Positions 16,616 to 26,273 of a stretch of DNA of 30,391 bases are shown piece by piece. The notes below the pieces were generated by a model. The model did no database searches. It was given only the letters and a program-made list of their open reading frames with translations, and was not told the origin of the DNA. This DNA is from a virus. Its lineage: Duplodnaviria; Caudoviricetes. Every line of letters begins with the position of its first letter. Position 1 is the stretch's first letter. Where the stretch lies: IMG/VR virus record IMGVR_UViG_3300010281_000272, positions 1 through 30,391 of that record; one strand, given 5' to 3'. The translations under genes were made by a program, and so were the position numbers.

Positions 16616-16651
16616 GACCCGGCCCCGAAAAACACGGAAGGAGTGAGCAAC

Positions 16652-17563
16652 ATGGCAGTGGGTACCACTCAGAACCTCCCCAACTTCGTGGGCGAACTCT
16701 TCGCGATTTCGCCGCTGGAGACCCCGTTCCTGGCCGCCATCGGCGGCCTGAGCGGCGGCCGGCAGACCATGAGTACCACGTTCGCGATCCAGACGTACGA
16801 TCTCCCGGCGCCCTCCCAGCCCAACCATCGTGAGGGCCAGGAGGCCCCGGAGGCTGCGTACGTCGAGCGCGACCAGGCCGTCAACGTCGTACAGATTTTC
16901 CACGAGGCCCTGGAAATCTCTTACACTAAGCAGGCGGCCATCAACAACATCAGCGGGGCTCCGATCATCGGCGAACAGCCCGTGACCGATGAACTCTCCT
17001 GGCAGACCGCTCGTGCTCTGGAAAAGATCGCCAGGGACGTCGAGTGGACCTTCATCAACGGGGTCTATGACGACGGCCTCTCCACGGGCATCCGCAAGAC
17101 CCGCGGTATCCTCCGGGCCATCACCACCAACGCCATCGACGCCGCCGGCGCTGATCTTGGCAGGGACCTGCTGAACGAACTCCTGCTGGAGATGTTCACC
17201 AATGGCGCGAATTTCGCCAATTCGGTGATCCTGGTGAATGGCAACCAGGCCCAGCGCCTGGCCGACCTCTACGGCACCGCCCCTGCTGACCGCACCATCG
17301 GCGGTGTCAAGCTCCAGGAAATCTACACCCAGTACGGCGTGCTGAGCATCATGATCGACCGTTGGATGCCCGCTGACACGCTGGCGGTGGTCAACCTCGG
17401 CGTCTGCGCTCCGGTCTTCCTGGAGATCCCTGGCAAGGGCCACCTCTTCCGCGAGCCTCTGGCCAAGACTGGCGCCAGTGAGCGGCACCAGATCTACGGC
17501 GAGATCGGCCTGCAGCATGGGCCCGAGACCTTCCACGGCAAGATCACCGGCCTTGCGGCGTAA
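16652..17563 (+). CDS. Major capsid protein (SU10/DUF5309-like)
   Basis: ISPLETPFL, NVVQIFHE, KIARDVEW, LAKTGASERHQIYGEIGL; RBS AAGGAGTG. Confidence 0.88.
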   Translation: MAVGTTQNLPNFVGELFAISPLETPFLAAIGGLSGGRQTMSTTFAIQTYDLPAPSQPNHREGQEAPEAAYVERDQAVNVVQIFHEALEISYTKQAAINNISGAPIIGEQPVTDELSWQTARALEKIARDVEWTFINGVYDDGLSTGIRKTRGILRAITTNAIDAAGADLGRDLLNELLLEMFTNGANFANSVILVNGNQAQRLADLYGTAPADRTIGGVKLQEIYTQYGVLSIMIDRWMPADTLAVVNLGVCAPVFLEIPGKGHLFREPLAKTGASERHQIYGEIGLQHGPETFHGKITGLAA

Positions 17564-17565
17564 CT

Positions 17566-17602
17566 GAGCGGGCGGCTCCCATAGCGGGGGCCGCCCCTCC
17601 TT
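17566..17602 (+). terminator. Hairpin after the MCP gene (probable terminator or attenuator)
   Basis: GGGCGGCTCCC / GGGGGCCGCCC stem with a short U/A tail. Confidence 0.5.
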
Positions 17603-17620
17603 ATTAAGGAGGTGACCGAC

Positions 17621-17851
17621 GTGGCGGCGGTGATTCACGAGTATGACCGGACGGTGGTGATCCGGGTCCACACGCGGGTCTATGACGATGGCACCGTGAC
17701 GGCCCAACTGGCGGTGGACTCCGATATGGCTACCCGTGACGACGTGCTGGCGACGCTGGTGCGGGCCCAGTTCGAGGTGGCTGCCAGCGGCGGCGTCCTG
17801 CATGCCACGCTGGACACGTCGAGCCTGCCTCCGGTCGATTGGGAGGGGTGA
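17621..17851 (+). CDS. Hypothetical protein in the head module
   Basis: RBS AAGGAGGTG; ORF fills the gap between the MCP and connector genes. Confidence 0.6.
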   Translation: MAAVIHEYDRTVVIRVHTRVYDDGTVTAQLAVDSDMATRDDVLATLVRAQFEVAASGGVLHATLDTSSLPPVDWEG

Positions 17852-17857
17852 TGACCG

Positions 17858-18073
17858 ATGCGGTTCTTCATCCCTCGGCCCCTCAAGGTGTGGGACGCCG
17901 AAGCCCGCACCATCCGCCGCTTTCCAGCCGGACCTTACACGACCGCCGATGAGGCCCTGGCGGGCCTGCTCCGGCGGGTGCCCGGCGTGACGGAGGAGGC
18001 GGACGACACGACTGCCCCGGACCAGGCCCTGGCTGAGAAGCCCAAGCCCAAGACCAAGGCCAAGAAGCGGTAG
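17858..18073 (+). CDS. Small hypothetical head-associated protein with a basic tail
   Basis: RBS GGAGGGGTG; ends KPKPKTKAKKR. Confidence 0.65.
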   Translation: MRFFIPRPLKVWDAEARTIRRFPAGPYTTADEALAGLLRRVPGVTEEADDTTAPDQALAEKPKPKTKAKKR

Positions 18074-18076
18074 GGG

Positions 18077-18550
18077 GTGAGTGCCACCATGGCCCTGATC
18101 GCAGGTACTAACTCATACGTGACGCTGGAGGAGGCAAACGAGTACCTGGCCGGTGCGTTCAAGGCTGACGCCTGGACGGAGGCCAGCGAGGCGGACCGGG
18201 AGGCGGCCCTGATTACAGCCTCCCGCCAGATCGACCGCCAGCCCCTGCGCGGGGCCAAGGCGGCAGCTGACCAGCCGCTCCAGTTCCCCCGCGCCGGCCA
18301 GGTGGGTGTACCGCGGGAAGTGAAGGCTGCCGTCTGTGAGCAGGCCATATTTCTGCTCCGGCAGTCGGAGTACGACCGCAAGCGGGAACTGGCCATCCAG
18401 CAGGGCGTCGGCTCCGTGACCATCGGTGATGCCTCCGAGACGATTGACCCGGCGGTGGTCCGGGTGCGGATGACCACCACCACGATCTGCCCGGCGGCGC
18501 AGGAACTCCTGCGGCCCTGGCTCGGCGGGAGGGTGGTGAGGATCGTATGA
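18077..18550 (+). CDS. Head-tail connector/adaptor (DnaT-like family annotation)
   Basis: TNSYVTLEEANEY, ALITASRQID, QPLQFPR, VKAAVCEQA motifs. Confidence 0.85.
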   Translation: MSATMALIAGTNSYVTLEEANEYLAGAFKADAWTEASEADREAALITASRQIDRQPLRGAKAAADQPLQFPRAGQVGVPREVKAAVCEQAIFLLRQSEYDRKRELAIQQGVGSVTIGDASETIDPAVVRVRMTTTTICPAAQELLRPWLGGRVVRIV

Positions 18551-18843
18551 TCGGCAGATTCATGAACACCTTCTGCACCTGGAAAGCCAAGCTCGGAAAG
18601 AACGAGTATGGCGATCCGCAGTACGGCGCCTCGCAACAGATCAGAGCCCGCTGGGAGAACCGGGAGCGGCTGATCCGCACCCCCACCGGGGAGCAGGTCC
18701 AGAGTCGGGCCCGGCTCTGGACGATGGAGCCCATGCGGCCTGGCGACCAGGTGGAGCGGGGCGGCACCACCTACACGGTGCTGGACGTTCGGGAGGCTTC
18801 GGCCCTCGACGGGACGGTTCTGTGGTGGGAGGTGTACCTCTGA
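18547..18843 (+). CDS. Head closure/stopper protein
   Basis: KNEYGDPQY...ARWE...GEQVQSRA; synteny and ATGA coupling. Confidence 0.75.
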   Translation: MIGRFMNTFCTWKAKLGKNEYGDPQYGASQQIRARWENRERLIRTPTGEQVQSRARLWTMEPMRPGDQVERGGTTYTVLDVREASALDGTVLWWEVYL

Positions 18844-19202
18844 TGGGCGACGTGACCTGGACCGCCTGGCGAGCCGAGGAGTTCGAGCGCATCTTCCGAG
18901 CCGCCGCCATGGAGGGTCTGTCGCAGGCCGCCGAGGCGGTCCTGGCAGAGGCGCAGGAGCGGGCGCCAGTCGAGACCGGAACCCTTCGGCGGAGCGGAAC
19001 GGTGACGGATGCTCCGCACGAAATGGCGGTCTACGTGAGTTTCAACACGCCCTACGCGCTTCGCCAGCACGAAGAACTCCGCTATCAGCACCCCAACGGC
19101 GGCGAGGCCAAGTACCTGGAAAACGCACTCACCGATAAAGCCCCGCAGATTCCGGGATACGTCAAGCGGCGGGTGCTGGAGCGGCTGAGGAGGGATGCCT
19201 GA
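18843..19202 (+). CDS. HK97 gp10-like neck/tail completion protein
   Basis: APVETGTLRRS, NTPYALRQHE, AKYLE motifs. Confidence 0.88.
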   Translation: MGDVTWTAWRAEEFERIFRAAAMEGLSQAAEAVLAEAQERAPVETGTLRRSGTVTDAPHEMAVYVSFNTPYALRQHEELRYQHPNGGEAKYLENALTDKAPQIPGYVKRRVLERLRRDA

Positions 19203-19582
19203 TGCTGTTAGACGATGTGGCGAACCTGCTGGAGGTGACAGGGATCGCCCACCGCGGCCAGGACCTCTACCTCGGCGACCTGCCGGACGCCCCGGACCAG
19301 TGTGTGGCCCTGTTCGAGTATAGCGGCGGTGCCCCTGAGGCACTGCCCGGCCTGTACCTCCAGCGACCGCGCCTCCAGGTGCGGGTGCGCTCTGCCAGCT
19401 ACCAGGCGGCCAGGGAACTGGCGGAGCGAATCGAGAGAGCCATGAATGGCCGCCACAACCTGGTGCAGGGCGACACCTTGTATGTGCTGATCCAGGCCAT
19501 CCAGTCGCCTGGCTTCCTTGGCCGGGATGACCGGGGCCGGGCCGAGTTCGTCCAGAACTTTGCTGTCATAAAGGAGGGCTGA
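19202..19582 (+). CDS. Tail terminator (minor capsid 3-like)
   Basis: PDAPDQCVALFEYSG, PRLQVRVR, LGRDDRGRAEFVQNF. Confidence 0.85.
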   Translation: MLLDDVANLLEVTGIAHRGQDLYLGDLPDAPDQCVALFEYSGGAPEALPGLYLQRPRLQVRVRSASYQAARELAERIERAMNGRHNLVQGDTLYVLIQAIQSPGFLGRDDRGRAEFVQNFAVIKEG

Positions 19583-19585
19583 CCT

Positions 19586-19999
19586 ATGGGCATCGCTGGT
19601 GTGGACATCCTGATCCTGGTCAACACGGGCACCGATGCCGAACCTCAGTGGACACCGGTTGGCGGTCAAAAGGGCGCCAAGCTGACGGAGACGGCTGACA
19701 CCGTGGACACCTCGAACAAGGCCGGCGGCGGCTGGAAGACTTACGAATACGGGCTTATCGGGTGGAAGATCACCTGCGACGGTGCCTACGTGCCGTCCGA
19801 TGCCGCTTACCAGCTGCTTCGCAATGCCCTTCGGACCAGGCAGAAGGTCAAGGTGCAGGTGACCGAGTACGGGACCGCCGTCCGGGAGGGCATGGCACTC
19901 GTGACCTCGAACGAGATGGATGCTCCGTTCAACGATTCCGCAACCTACGCTCTCGAACTCCAGGGCGACGGCGAACTCAAGGAGCTGGACGAGGAGTAA
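19586..19999 (+). CDS. Major tail tube protein (TP901-1-like)
   Basis: GVDILI, VGGQKGA, DTSNK..GGW, WKITCDG, ATYALELQGDG. Confidence 0.9.
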   Translation: MGIAGVDILILVNTGTDAEPQWTPVGGQKGAKLTETADTVDTSNKAGGGWKTYEYGLIGWKITCDGAYVPSDAAYQLLRNALRTRQKVKVQVTEYGTAVREGMALVTSNEMDAPFNDSATYALELQGDGELKELDEE

Positions 20000-20005
20000 C
20001 CACAT

Positions 20006-20037
20006 GGCCCCTGCCTTCCGGCGGGGGCCTTCTTCTA
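20006..20037 (+). terminator. Hairpin after the tail tube gene
   Basis: GGCCCCTGCC / GGCGGGGGCC stem followed by TTCTT. Confidence 0.55.
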
Positions 20038-20056
20038 TAGAAGGGAGTAATCGGCT

Positions 20057-20383
20057 ATGGCAATCATCGAACTCGGCGGCAAGGAGCGCACGCTCCGGTA
20101 TGACTACAACGCCTTGGCCGATCTGGAGGAGCGGGCTGGTCTCAGCATTCAGGCTCTCCTAGACGACCAGCGACTCGGCCTGGCGACCATCCGGGCCATC
20201 ATCTGGGCCGGGCTCCGGCATCGCGACAAGGGCCTGACCCCCGCTCAGGTCGGCATCTGGCTCCAGCAGTACATGACCAGCGGTGGCGACCTCCAGGCGC
20301 TTATGGATGCCGTCCAGCGGGCTCTGGAGGAGTCCGGCCTGTTCAAGGCGGCGGCTGGGACTGACGATGAGGGAAACGGATAA
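20057..20383 (+). CDS. Tail assembly chaperone (gpG-like)
   Basis: IELGGKERTLRYDYNALADLEE; position between the tail tube and tape measure genes. Confidence 0.85.
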   Translation: MAIIELGGKERTLRYDYNALADLEERAGLSIQALLDDQRLGLATIRAIIWAGLRHRDKGLTPAQVGIWLQQYMTSGGDLQALMDAVQRALEESGLFKAAAGTDDEGNG

Positions 20384-20736
20384 GCGGAGGCGGCTGTGAG
20401 GCCGACCTCCGCTCCTTCATTGAGGAGTCCCGCAAAGCCGCCTTTGGTGTTCTGGGCCTGATGCCCTGGCAGTTCGGCAGGCTCACTCCGGCGGATCTCC
20501 AGTTGCTCCTGGAGGGCCACAAGCGCCGCCAGGAGGACCAGCTGTACGCCCTGGCGTGGGCTGTTGCCCACATGCTCAACATCGAGGGAAAGACGCTCAA
20601 GTCCCACGTGACCCCCGAAGACCTGCTCGGCCTGCCGCCCCGGCGGCGTCCCAAGGCGCCCGTGGAACAGCGCCGGGCCGAATACGAGGAACTGCTGACG
20701 GCCTACCGCAAGCGTCAGGAACGGGAACGGAGGTGA
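20371..20736 (+). CDS. Tail chaperone -1 frameshift extension (gpGT-like C-terminal part)
   Basis: Slippery G GGA AAC at 20371-20377; the -1 frame is open from 20371 through 20461-20736 (LGLMPWQFGRLTPADL). Confidence 0.82.
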   Translation, partial: GKRISGGGCEADLRSFIEESRKAAFGVLGLMPWQFGRLTPADLQLLLEGHKRRQEDQLYALAWAVAHMLNIEGKTLKSHVTPEDLLGLPPRRRPKAPVEQRRAEYEELLTAYRKRQERERR

Positions 20737-20742
20737 TGCGCT

Positions 20743-22620
20743 GTGGAAGTCGGTGCCGTTTCGGTACGGCTCAACCTGGATGTCAGCCGGCTCCAGGCCC
20801 AGCTTCAGGGGGCGAAGGCCACAATTACTCGATTTTTCAGTTCGGCGGGGTTCAAGGAGTACCAGTCCCAGATGCGCGTCGCCAGCGTGGCCATCAGCGC
20901 CGCTCTCGGCCTGGCTGGGCGGAGTGCCATCACGGCGGCCGGTCAGATCCAGGACGCCCAAACGGCGTTCGCCAAGTTCCTCGGCTCGGCGGAGGAAGCG
21001 GAGCAGTTCGTGACGGCGCTCCAGCGGTTCGCGACCAAGACCCCGTTTGACTTCTCTGGCTTGCAGGACGCCGCGAAGCGGCTTCTGGCGCTTGGCTTCT
21101 CCGGTGAGTCCGTGTTGCCTATCCTGCGCCGGGTGGGCGATGCCGTGGCAGGGATGGGCGGCTCCTCTGCGGATGTCGAGGGCCTTGTGACGGTGCTCGG
21201 CCAGGTTCGCGCCAAGGGCCGGGCCACCGCTGAGGAGATGCTCCAGCTAACCGAGAGAGGGGTCAACGCGTGGGACTACCTGGCCAAGCGGTTGGGTGTG
21301 ACCATCCCGGAGGCCATGGAGCATGTGTCTAAGGGCGCCGTGGACGCCGGAACGGCCTTGGAAGCCATCCTGGAGGGCGTGGATCAGGACTTCGGCGGGA
21401 TGATGGGTGAGCAGGCGAAAAACCTGAATGCACAGCTGGCAAACGTGAAGGACAACCTCTGGCAGGTGTTCGGCCAGGTTGGCTTGAGAATCGCAGAGGC
21501 CATCGGACCCCACCTGGAGCGGATCGCTGACTGGCTCGGTGAACTGGCCGCCAGGATCAAGGCATTCGGCCTGCGCGAGGCGCTAGAGCAGATGGTGCCG
21601 GAAAGCGTCAAAATCGCCATCATCGGCATCGCTGTAGCCCTGGCGACCGCCCTGATCCCGGCGCTGATCAGCACCATCGCCACGATGTGGCCTGTCATCC
21701 TAGTCGTGCTGGCCCTGACCGCCGTGGCCTATGTCTTGGTCAAGACATGGGACTCGGCCGTCAAAGTGCTCAAGGCTGTATGGCGCACGCTGAGGGCGGA
21801 ATGGGGGTTTGTGAAGGCCAGCTTTGTGGCCGGTTTCGCCATTTTGAAGGCGGGTCTGGCCACGTTCCTGCAGTACACCGTCGGCATGCTCGTCAAGTTT
21901 GTGGGCGCTCTAGCGGATGCCTTCTCCTTCCTCGAACACGTACCCGGCCTTGGTGGGCTCTACGCTTCGATGCGTCAGGGTATCCACGGGCTTGACAACC
22001 TGATCACCGAGTTTGGGGAGTCATCCCGACAGGGTATGGTGGAGGCCGTCGCCAACGTCAAGGCCGCAGGGGCTGAGGTGGTGGACGCAGCAAAGGACCA
22101 GTTCGCAGCCATGAAGGAGTTCGGACGCGATGCAGCGGGCGTCGTTAGTGACTTTTTCAAGGAGAAGGACAAGCCGCCCCTGCCAGAGGTGGGGGATGAC
22201 GCCAAGTACGCCTCCGACCAGCTGGGCGACCTCAGCGGCACGGCCAACACGGCGGCCGGCGGCATGGACGCCCTCCGGGAGTCCGCCGAGAAGGCCGGAA
22301 GCGCCGTCCGGGAGGCATTCTCCGGCTTCCGTGCCTACGCTCTCGGCGAGGTCAACTGGCGTTTGGGCGCCCTGGCTCCTGACTGGCAGAGCCTGGCCGC
22401 CCAGCAGTACGCCAGCGCCAACCGCTTCGCGGCGGGGCTGCCGGCGGCGGCCTATGCCGCCGTCCCGGCCACCAGCACCCTGACCGTGGGCGGCGTGGTG
22501 CGGGTCGAGGGCGTTAATTCCCGCGGCGACCTGGTGGCTGTGACCCGGCTCCTGGCCGATGACCTTAGAGCGGAGGCTGAGCGGTATCCGGCGGCTCCGT
22601 CGCAGAGGAGGTGGCGGTGA
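20743..22620 (+). CDS. Tape measure protein, 625 aa
   Basis: FATKTPFDFSGL...LGQVRAKGR...EEMLQLTERG tape-measure domain; hydrophobic mid-section; RBS GGAGGTG. Confidence 0.92.
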   Translation: MEVGAVSVRLNLDVSRLQAQLQGAKATITRFFSSAGFKEYQSQMRVASVAISAALGLAGRSAITAAGQIQDAQTAFAKFLGSAEEAEQFVTALQRFATKTPFDFSGLQDAAKRLLALGFSGESVLPILRRVGDAVAGMGGSSADVEGLVTVLGQVRAKGRATAEEMLQLTERGVNAWDYLAKRLGVTIPEAMEHVSKGAVDAGTALEAILEGVDQDFGGMMGEQAKNLNAQLANVKDNLWQVFGQVGLRIAEAIGPHLERIADWLGELAARIKAFGLREALEQMVPESVKIAIIGIAVALATALIPALISTIATMWPVILVVLALTAVAYVLVKTWDSAVKVLKAVWRTLRAEWGFVKASFVAGFAILKAGLATFLQYTVGMLVKFVGALADAFSFLEHVPGLGGLYASMRQGIHGLDNLITEFGESSRQGMVEAVANVKAAGAEVVDAAKDQFAAMKEFGRDAAGVVSDFFKEKDKPPLPEVGDDAKYASDQLGDLSGTANTAAGGMDALRESAEKAGSAVREAFSGFRAYALGEVNWRLGALAPDWQSLAAQQYASANRFAAGLPAAAYAAVPATSTLTVGGVVRVEGVNSRGDLVAVTRLLADDLRAEAERYPAAPSQRRWR

Positions 22621-22967
22621 TGTCTGATCTGTGGGGAGAGACCCCGCTCAAGGTGGTGAGCATGGCCCGACCCAAGACAACCGTCGGCCTCACCGAACGG
22701 CCGGTGATCCCGGCCCCCGGAGCCAGCGGCCCGCAGTCCATCCTGATGGGCACCGGAAGGCTTCGCCGGCGCCGGGAGATACGGGGCCTGGCGACTCCGG
22801 CTGAATACGATGCCCTGGAGGCCGACTATGAGGCCCTGGTGGTCCGCACGGTGACCTTGGCTGACGGCATGGTGATGCGGGCCATGATCGCAAGTCTGGA
22901 GGCGGACGAGGTGGAGGGGACCGGTGGTTCCCTCCTCTCCTATACCATGACGCTGGTGGAAGCGTGA
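22620..22967 (+). CDS. Putative minimal distal tail (Dit-like) protein
   Basis: Position after the TMP; ERPVIP, Q-MG, YTMTLVEA terminus; TGATG coupling. Confidence 0.6.
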   Translation: MSDLWGETPLKVVSMARPKTTVGLTERPVIPAPGASGPQSILMGTGRLRRRREIRGLATPAEYDALEADYEALVVRTVTLADGMVMRAMIASLEADEVEGTGGSLLSYTMTLVEA

Positions 22968-22981
22968 GGGGGTGACCGACC

Positions 22982-25060
22982 GTGTTTCCAATCCCTGAGC
23001 AGATCAGAAGCCTTCTGAAATCCCGAAGCATGGTCGGCCCCTCCGCCCCCTCGGCGGTGGTTCGATTCGACTTGTCCAGGCTGGCTGGCAAGCCGTACGG
23101 TGAGTGGCCATCCGTGCCCCTCTCCAACCCGCGGGGCATCGCCTGGCGGCGGAGTGACCGGACGTGGATCATTGCCCAGAACTCCCCCCGTGCCCTGGTT
23201 CAGTGCGACCAGGCCGGGAATGTGATCCAGTCGTGGGATATAAACGCCTCAATGATCGGCATTGACCTGGACAGCACCGATGATGACCTCGTGTGGATCG
23301 CCGACTACTACTCGGGCGTCCTGGCCGTGCGGCTCAGCACCGGAGCCATCGATGTAGACCGGGTGATCACAGACCTCCCATATATCACTGCCGTCTGCGC
23401 CTTGCCGGACACCATCTGGGTTGGTTCTGGATACAATTTCCAAAGGAAGATCGCCGTCTATGACCGCCAGGACTGGACTCTCCTGGCGACGATCACCCCG
23501 CCCGTGGGGCCACGGGACATGACGTGGGATGGCCGCTACGTGTGGCTGGCGGGCGACCGGGACATCGCGGCCATCGACCCGGAGACCCTGGAGGCGGTGC
23601 CCGGTCAGGTGGTGAGCGTCCAGGGAGCCATCCGGCTGTACGGGATCGCCGTCGCGGATGACTCATTCGTGGTGACGGACAATGGCAGGATCTACCGGGT
23701 CCACCTGCCCAGCTTGACCGTGCGGCCCGAGCGACTGAGAGTTTCCAAGGAGAAGGGCGCCGTTGCCCAGCGGGCCATGATCTCCTGGCCGAACGGCAGC
23801 CCCTATGACCCCAGAGACCTGCCGGGCTACTACAGCCCCGACCGGGGGATCGACCCCCCGGAGGCCGTGAACGGGTGGAAAGACGTGGTGGTCCCTGGTG
23901 CCGACATCACCATCGAGATGGGCTACGGCGAGGACCGTTCCCTGGCGTTCGCGGGCCAGGTGGATGAGGTATCCATCGACGTGGAGGGCGGGGACTCCGG
24001 GGCCGACTACAGCATCTCCATCGACTGCCGGGACCACGGGTGGCGGCTCCTGGACCAGACGGTCACCAACGATCAGGGCGAGTATTACTTGGCGTACGAA
24101 GACCCAGATGGTATCGAAGCCAGCCTGATCGCCCGTGACCTGCTGATTCGGGCCGGGTTCGCACCCGACAAGGTTTTCACCGAACCGACGGGCATCGTGG
24201 TCCAGTGCAAGGTTTTTGAGAGGCAAAGCTACGCTGACGCCCTGGAGTGGCTGAGCAACATCACGGGCTACGAACTGATGCTTTATGACGACGGGAGCGC
24301 CTACTGGCGCTATCCGTCTGACAGGCAGCCCGCCGAGTGGCGCCAGCCGCTCACGCTGGAGGGCACGGACTGGACACCTCTCGGCCATGCGCCGATTGTG
24401 GCGGGCTCCATGGTGCTGGAGGACCCCACCGAGACGGACGAGGACGGAGCCCCGGTGCGCTACACCGAGGGCGTGGACTATGAGGTGGACCTGGCGGCCG
24501 GCGCAGTCCGGCGGCTGGACGGCGGAGCCATCCCCGACGGCGGCCGGGTGCTGGCCTCGTACGTCTATGCGGCGTGGGTGTTCAAGGAAGGGGAAGACCT
24601 CTTCCGGGTCGGCTACAAGCTGACCCGCCGGGACCAGTACGCCCGAATCCGGGTGGCTGGCGAGGCCACGGACCCGGATGACCCAACCCAGAAATTCCCG
24701 GTCTACGGCACCTGGACACACCCGATCCCGGAGGCGTACGGCCTGCCTCCGGCCAAGGTCCAGTTCGTCGAAATTCGGGAGTTGGACAGTGCCGAGAAGT
24801 GCCAGGCCGCCGCCAACCAGCTAGGCCACGACATGATCCCCCACGCTCGGGAAGTACGGTTCGCGGCAATCACCGTCCCCTGGCTCCAGCCCGGCGACTG
24901 CATCCAGATCGTGGAGAGCAGCACGACCATCAGCGAGGTCTACCGCATCTCCGAACTGGAGATCGAGTACGGCCCGGACGGGGCGATCATGTACGGCGTA
25001 GCCCACCACTACGGTTACGCCCCGCCCCCGGCCACTGAGGAGGTGACACCCGATGCCTAA
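22982..25060 (+). CDS. Baseplate hub/Tal-like protein with inserted beta-propeller and beta-sandwich domains
   Basis: Hub motifs IEMGYG...FAGQVDEV...IDCRD and PWLQPGDCIQI; propeller-like repeats PRGIAW, IGIDLD, PRDMTWDG, LYGIAV; YTEGVDYEVDLAAGAV module. Confidence 0.7.
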   Translation: MFPIPEQIRSLLKSRSMVGPSAPSAVVRFDLSRLAGKPYGEWPSVPLSNPRGIAWRRSDRTWIIAQNSPRALVQCDQAGNVIQSWDINASMIGIDLDSTDDDLVWIADYYSGVLAVRLSTGAIDVDRVITDLPYITAVCALPDTIWVGSGYNFQRKIAVYDRQDWTLLATITPPVGPRDMTWDGRYVWLAGDRDIAAIDPETLEAVPGQVVSVQGAIRLYGIAVADDSFVVTDNGRIYRVHLPSLTVRPERLRVSKEKGAVAQRAMISWPNGSPYDPRDLPGYYSPDRGIDPPEAVNGWKDVVVPGADITIEMGYGEDRSLAFAGQVDEVSIDVEGGDSGADYSISIDCRDHGWRLLDQTVTNDQGEYYLAYEDPDGIEASLIARDLLIRAGFAPDKVFTEPTGIVVQCKVFERQSYADALEWLSNITGYELMLYDDGSAYWRYPSDRQPAEWRQPLTLEGTDWTPLGHAPIVAGSMVLEDPTETDEDGAPVRYTEGVDYEVDLAAGAVRRLDGGAIPDGGRVLASYVYAAWVFKEGEDLFRVGYKLTRRDQYARIRVAGEATDPDDPTQKFPVYGTWTHPIPEAYGLPPAKVQFVEIRELDSAEKCQAAANQLGHDMIPHAREVRFAAITVPWLQPGDCIQIVESSTTISEVYRISELEIEYGPDGAIMYGVAHHYGYAPPPATEEVTPDA

Positions 25061-25937
25061 CCCGGCACGTGAAATCATGCGCATCCAGGATCGCCGGGCC
25101 GCCCTCGGCTCCGTACCAGGCCAGCAGCAGACATTCGGCGAGCGGAGCGGCTGGGCCGGCCAGGTGACCGGGCTCGGAGTGGCGGGGAATCCCCTCCTCA
25201 GTGGGAATGTGATCCTGGTGCCCGGTGGCGGCGTGACCATGGTCCAGGACCCGGCTTCGGGCCGGATCATCATTTCGGCCTCCGGGAGCGGCGGGGGCGG
25301 CGTCGGCTACCCCCGGTATGACCCGGACGAGCCGCCTGCGATCCCCAGCCAGTGGGATGATGAGTTCAACACCAGCGTCCTCGATCCGAAGTGGAGTGTG
25401 CTGAACGTCCATGGCCAGGGCGAGTTCCAGGTGGGGGAAGTAATCAGCATGTTGTCCGCCAGGGGCGCCCATGATGACGTGGACCCCATGGCCCTGCTCC
25501 AGCCTGCGCCGAGCGGCCCTTGGACCGTCACAGCCAAGTTCGTCAACGCCCAGCAGTACCTCGGGAGCACGAGCACTGACAAGTCCGCTTTCGTCGGCAT
25601 CGCAGTGGCGCCTGCAGAGGGCGAAGGTGACGCACTGGACACGTGGATGATCGGGCGCTACAGCGGCGCATACGCCTACCTGCGATCTGAGCAGTGGTCC
25701 ACCCCCGCAGGTTGGAAAGGGTCGAAGGGCACCCACACCTACTATTCACCGTGTGGATACTTGCGGGTCGTCTGGGATGGCTCCAACCTGTCCCACTGGC
25801 ACTCCCCGGACGGCCTCGGCTGGTATCGGTGGACTGCGCCGTATGACCCCGGCTGGACCCCCGGCCGCATCGGAATCGCCGTCCGTGGTGCCGTGGGGCC
25901 GTCGTATGTGGATTGGTTCCGAGTGACCACCAGCTAA
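25053..25937 (+). CDS. Putative receptor-binding tail protein with a concanavalin/lectin-like C-terminal domain
   Basis: WDDEFNTSVLDPKW, YLRVVWDGSNLSHWHSPDGLGW, VDWFRV motifs; last tail gene. Confidence 0.7.
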   Translation: MPNPAREIMRIQDRRAALGSVPGQQQTFGERSGWAGQVTGLGVAGNPLLSGNVILVPGGGVTMVQDPASGRIIISASGSGGGGVGYPRYDPDEPPAIPSQWDDEFNTSVLDPKWSVLNVHGQGEFQVGEVISMLSARGAHDDVDPMALLQPAPSGPWTVTAKFVNAQQYLGSTSTDKSAFVGIAVAPAEGEGDALDTWMIGRYSGAYAYLRSEQWSTPAGWKGSKGTHTYYSPCGYLRVVWDGSNLSHWHSPDGLGWYRWTAPYDPGWTPGRIGIAVRGAVGPSYVDWFRVTTS

Positions 25938-26014
25938 GCGAATAGCGCACGTAGGGCCGCCTGACGCCGGGGCGGCCCTTTCTGATGCAGGCGGCGGGAT
26001 CGGAGGTGAGGCGG

Positions 26015-26218
26015 ATGGAGGAGGGCCTGATGAAGCTGGCCATCGAGCAGGGACTCTGGGCGGCACTCTTTGTGGGGCTGCTGCTGTGGACCTTGCGCCA
26101 GAACAACGCTCGTGAAACCCGGTACCTGGAGATCATCAAGACACTTGGCGAGGAGGTTCGGGCACGACTGGACAGGCTGGAGAGTCTGGCCTCCCGTGGC
26201 CGCCGGGATGACGGATAG
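26015..26218 (+). CDS. BhlA/UviB-family holin-like protein
   Basis: LAIEQGLWAALFVGLLLWTLRQNNARETRY; RBS GGAGGTG. Confidence 0.85.
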   Translation: MEEGLMKLAIEQGLWAALFVGLLLWTLRQNNARETRYLEIIKTLGEEVRARLDRLESLASRGRRDDG

Positions 26219-26273
26219 AGCAAAACGGGCCGCTGGCACACGCTGGCGGCCCTCTCTCATGGAGGTGATACCT

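Noticed and set aside
14482-17803. Long minus-strand ORFs 14482-16050 and 16226-17803
   Set aside because: Antisense shadows of well-supported head genes in GC-rich DNA; no motifs or RBS.
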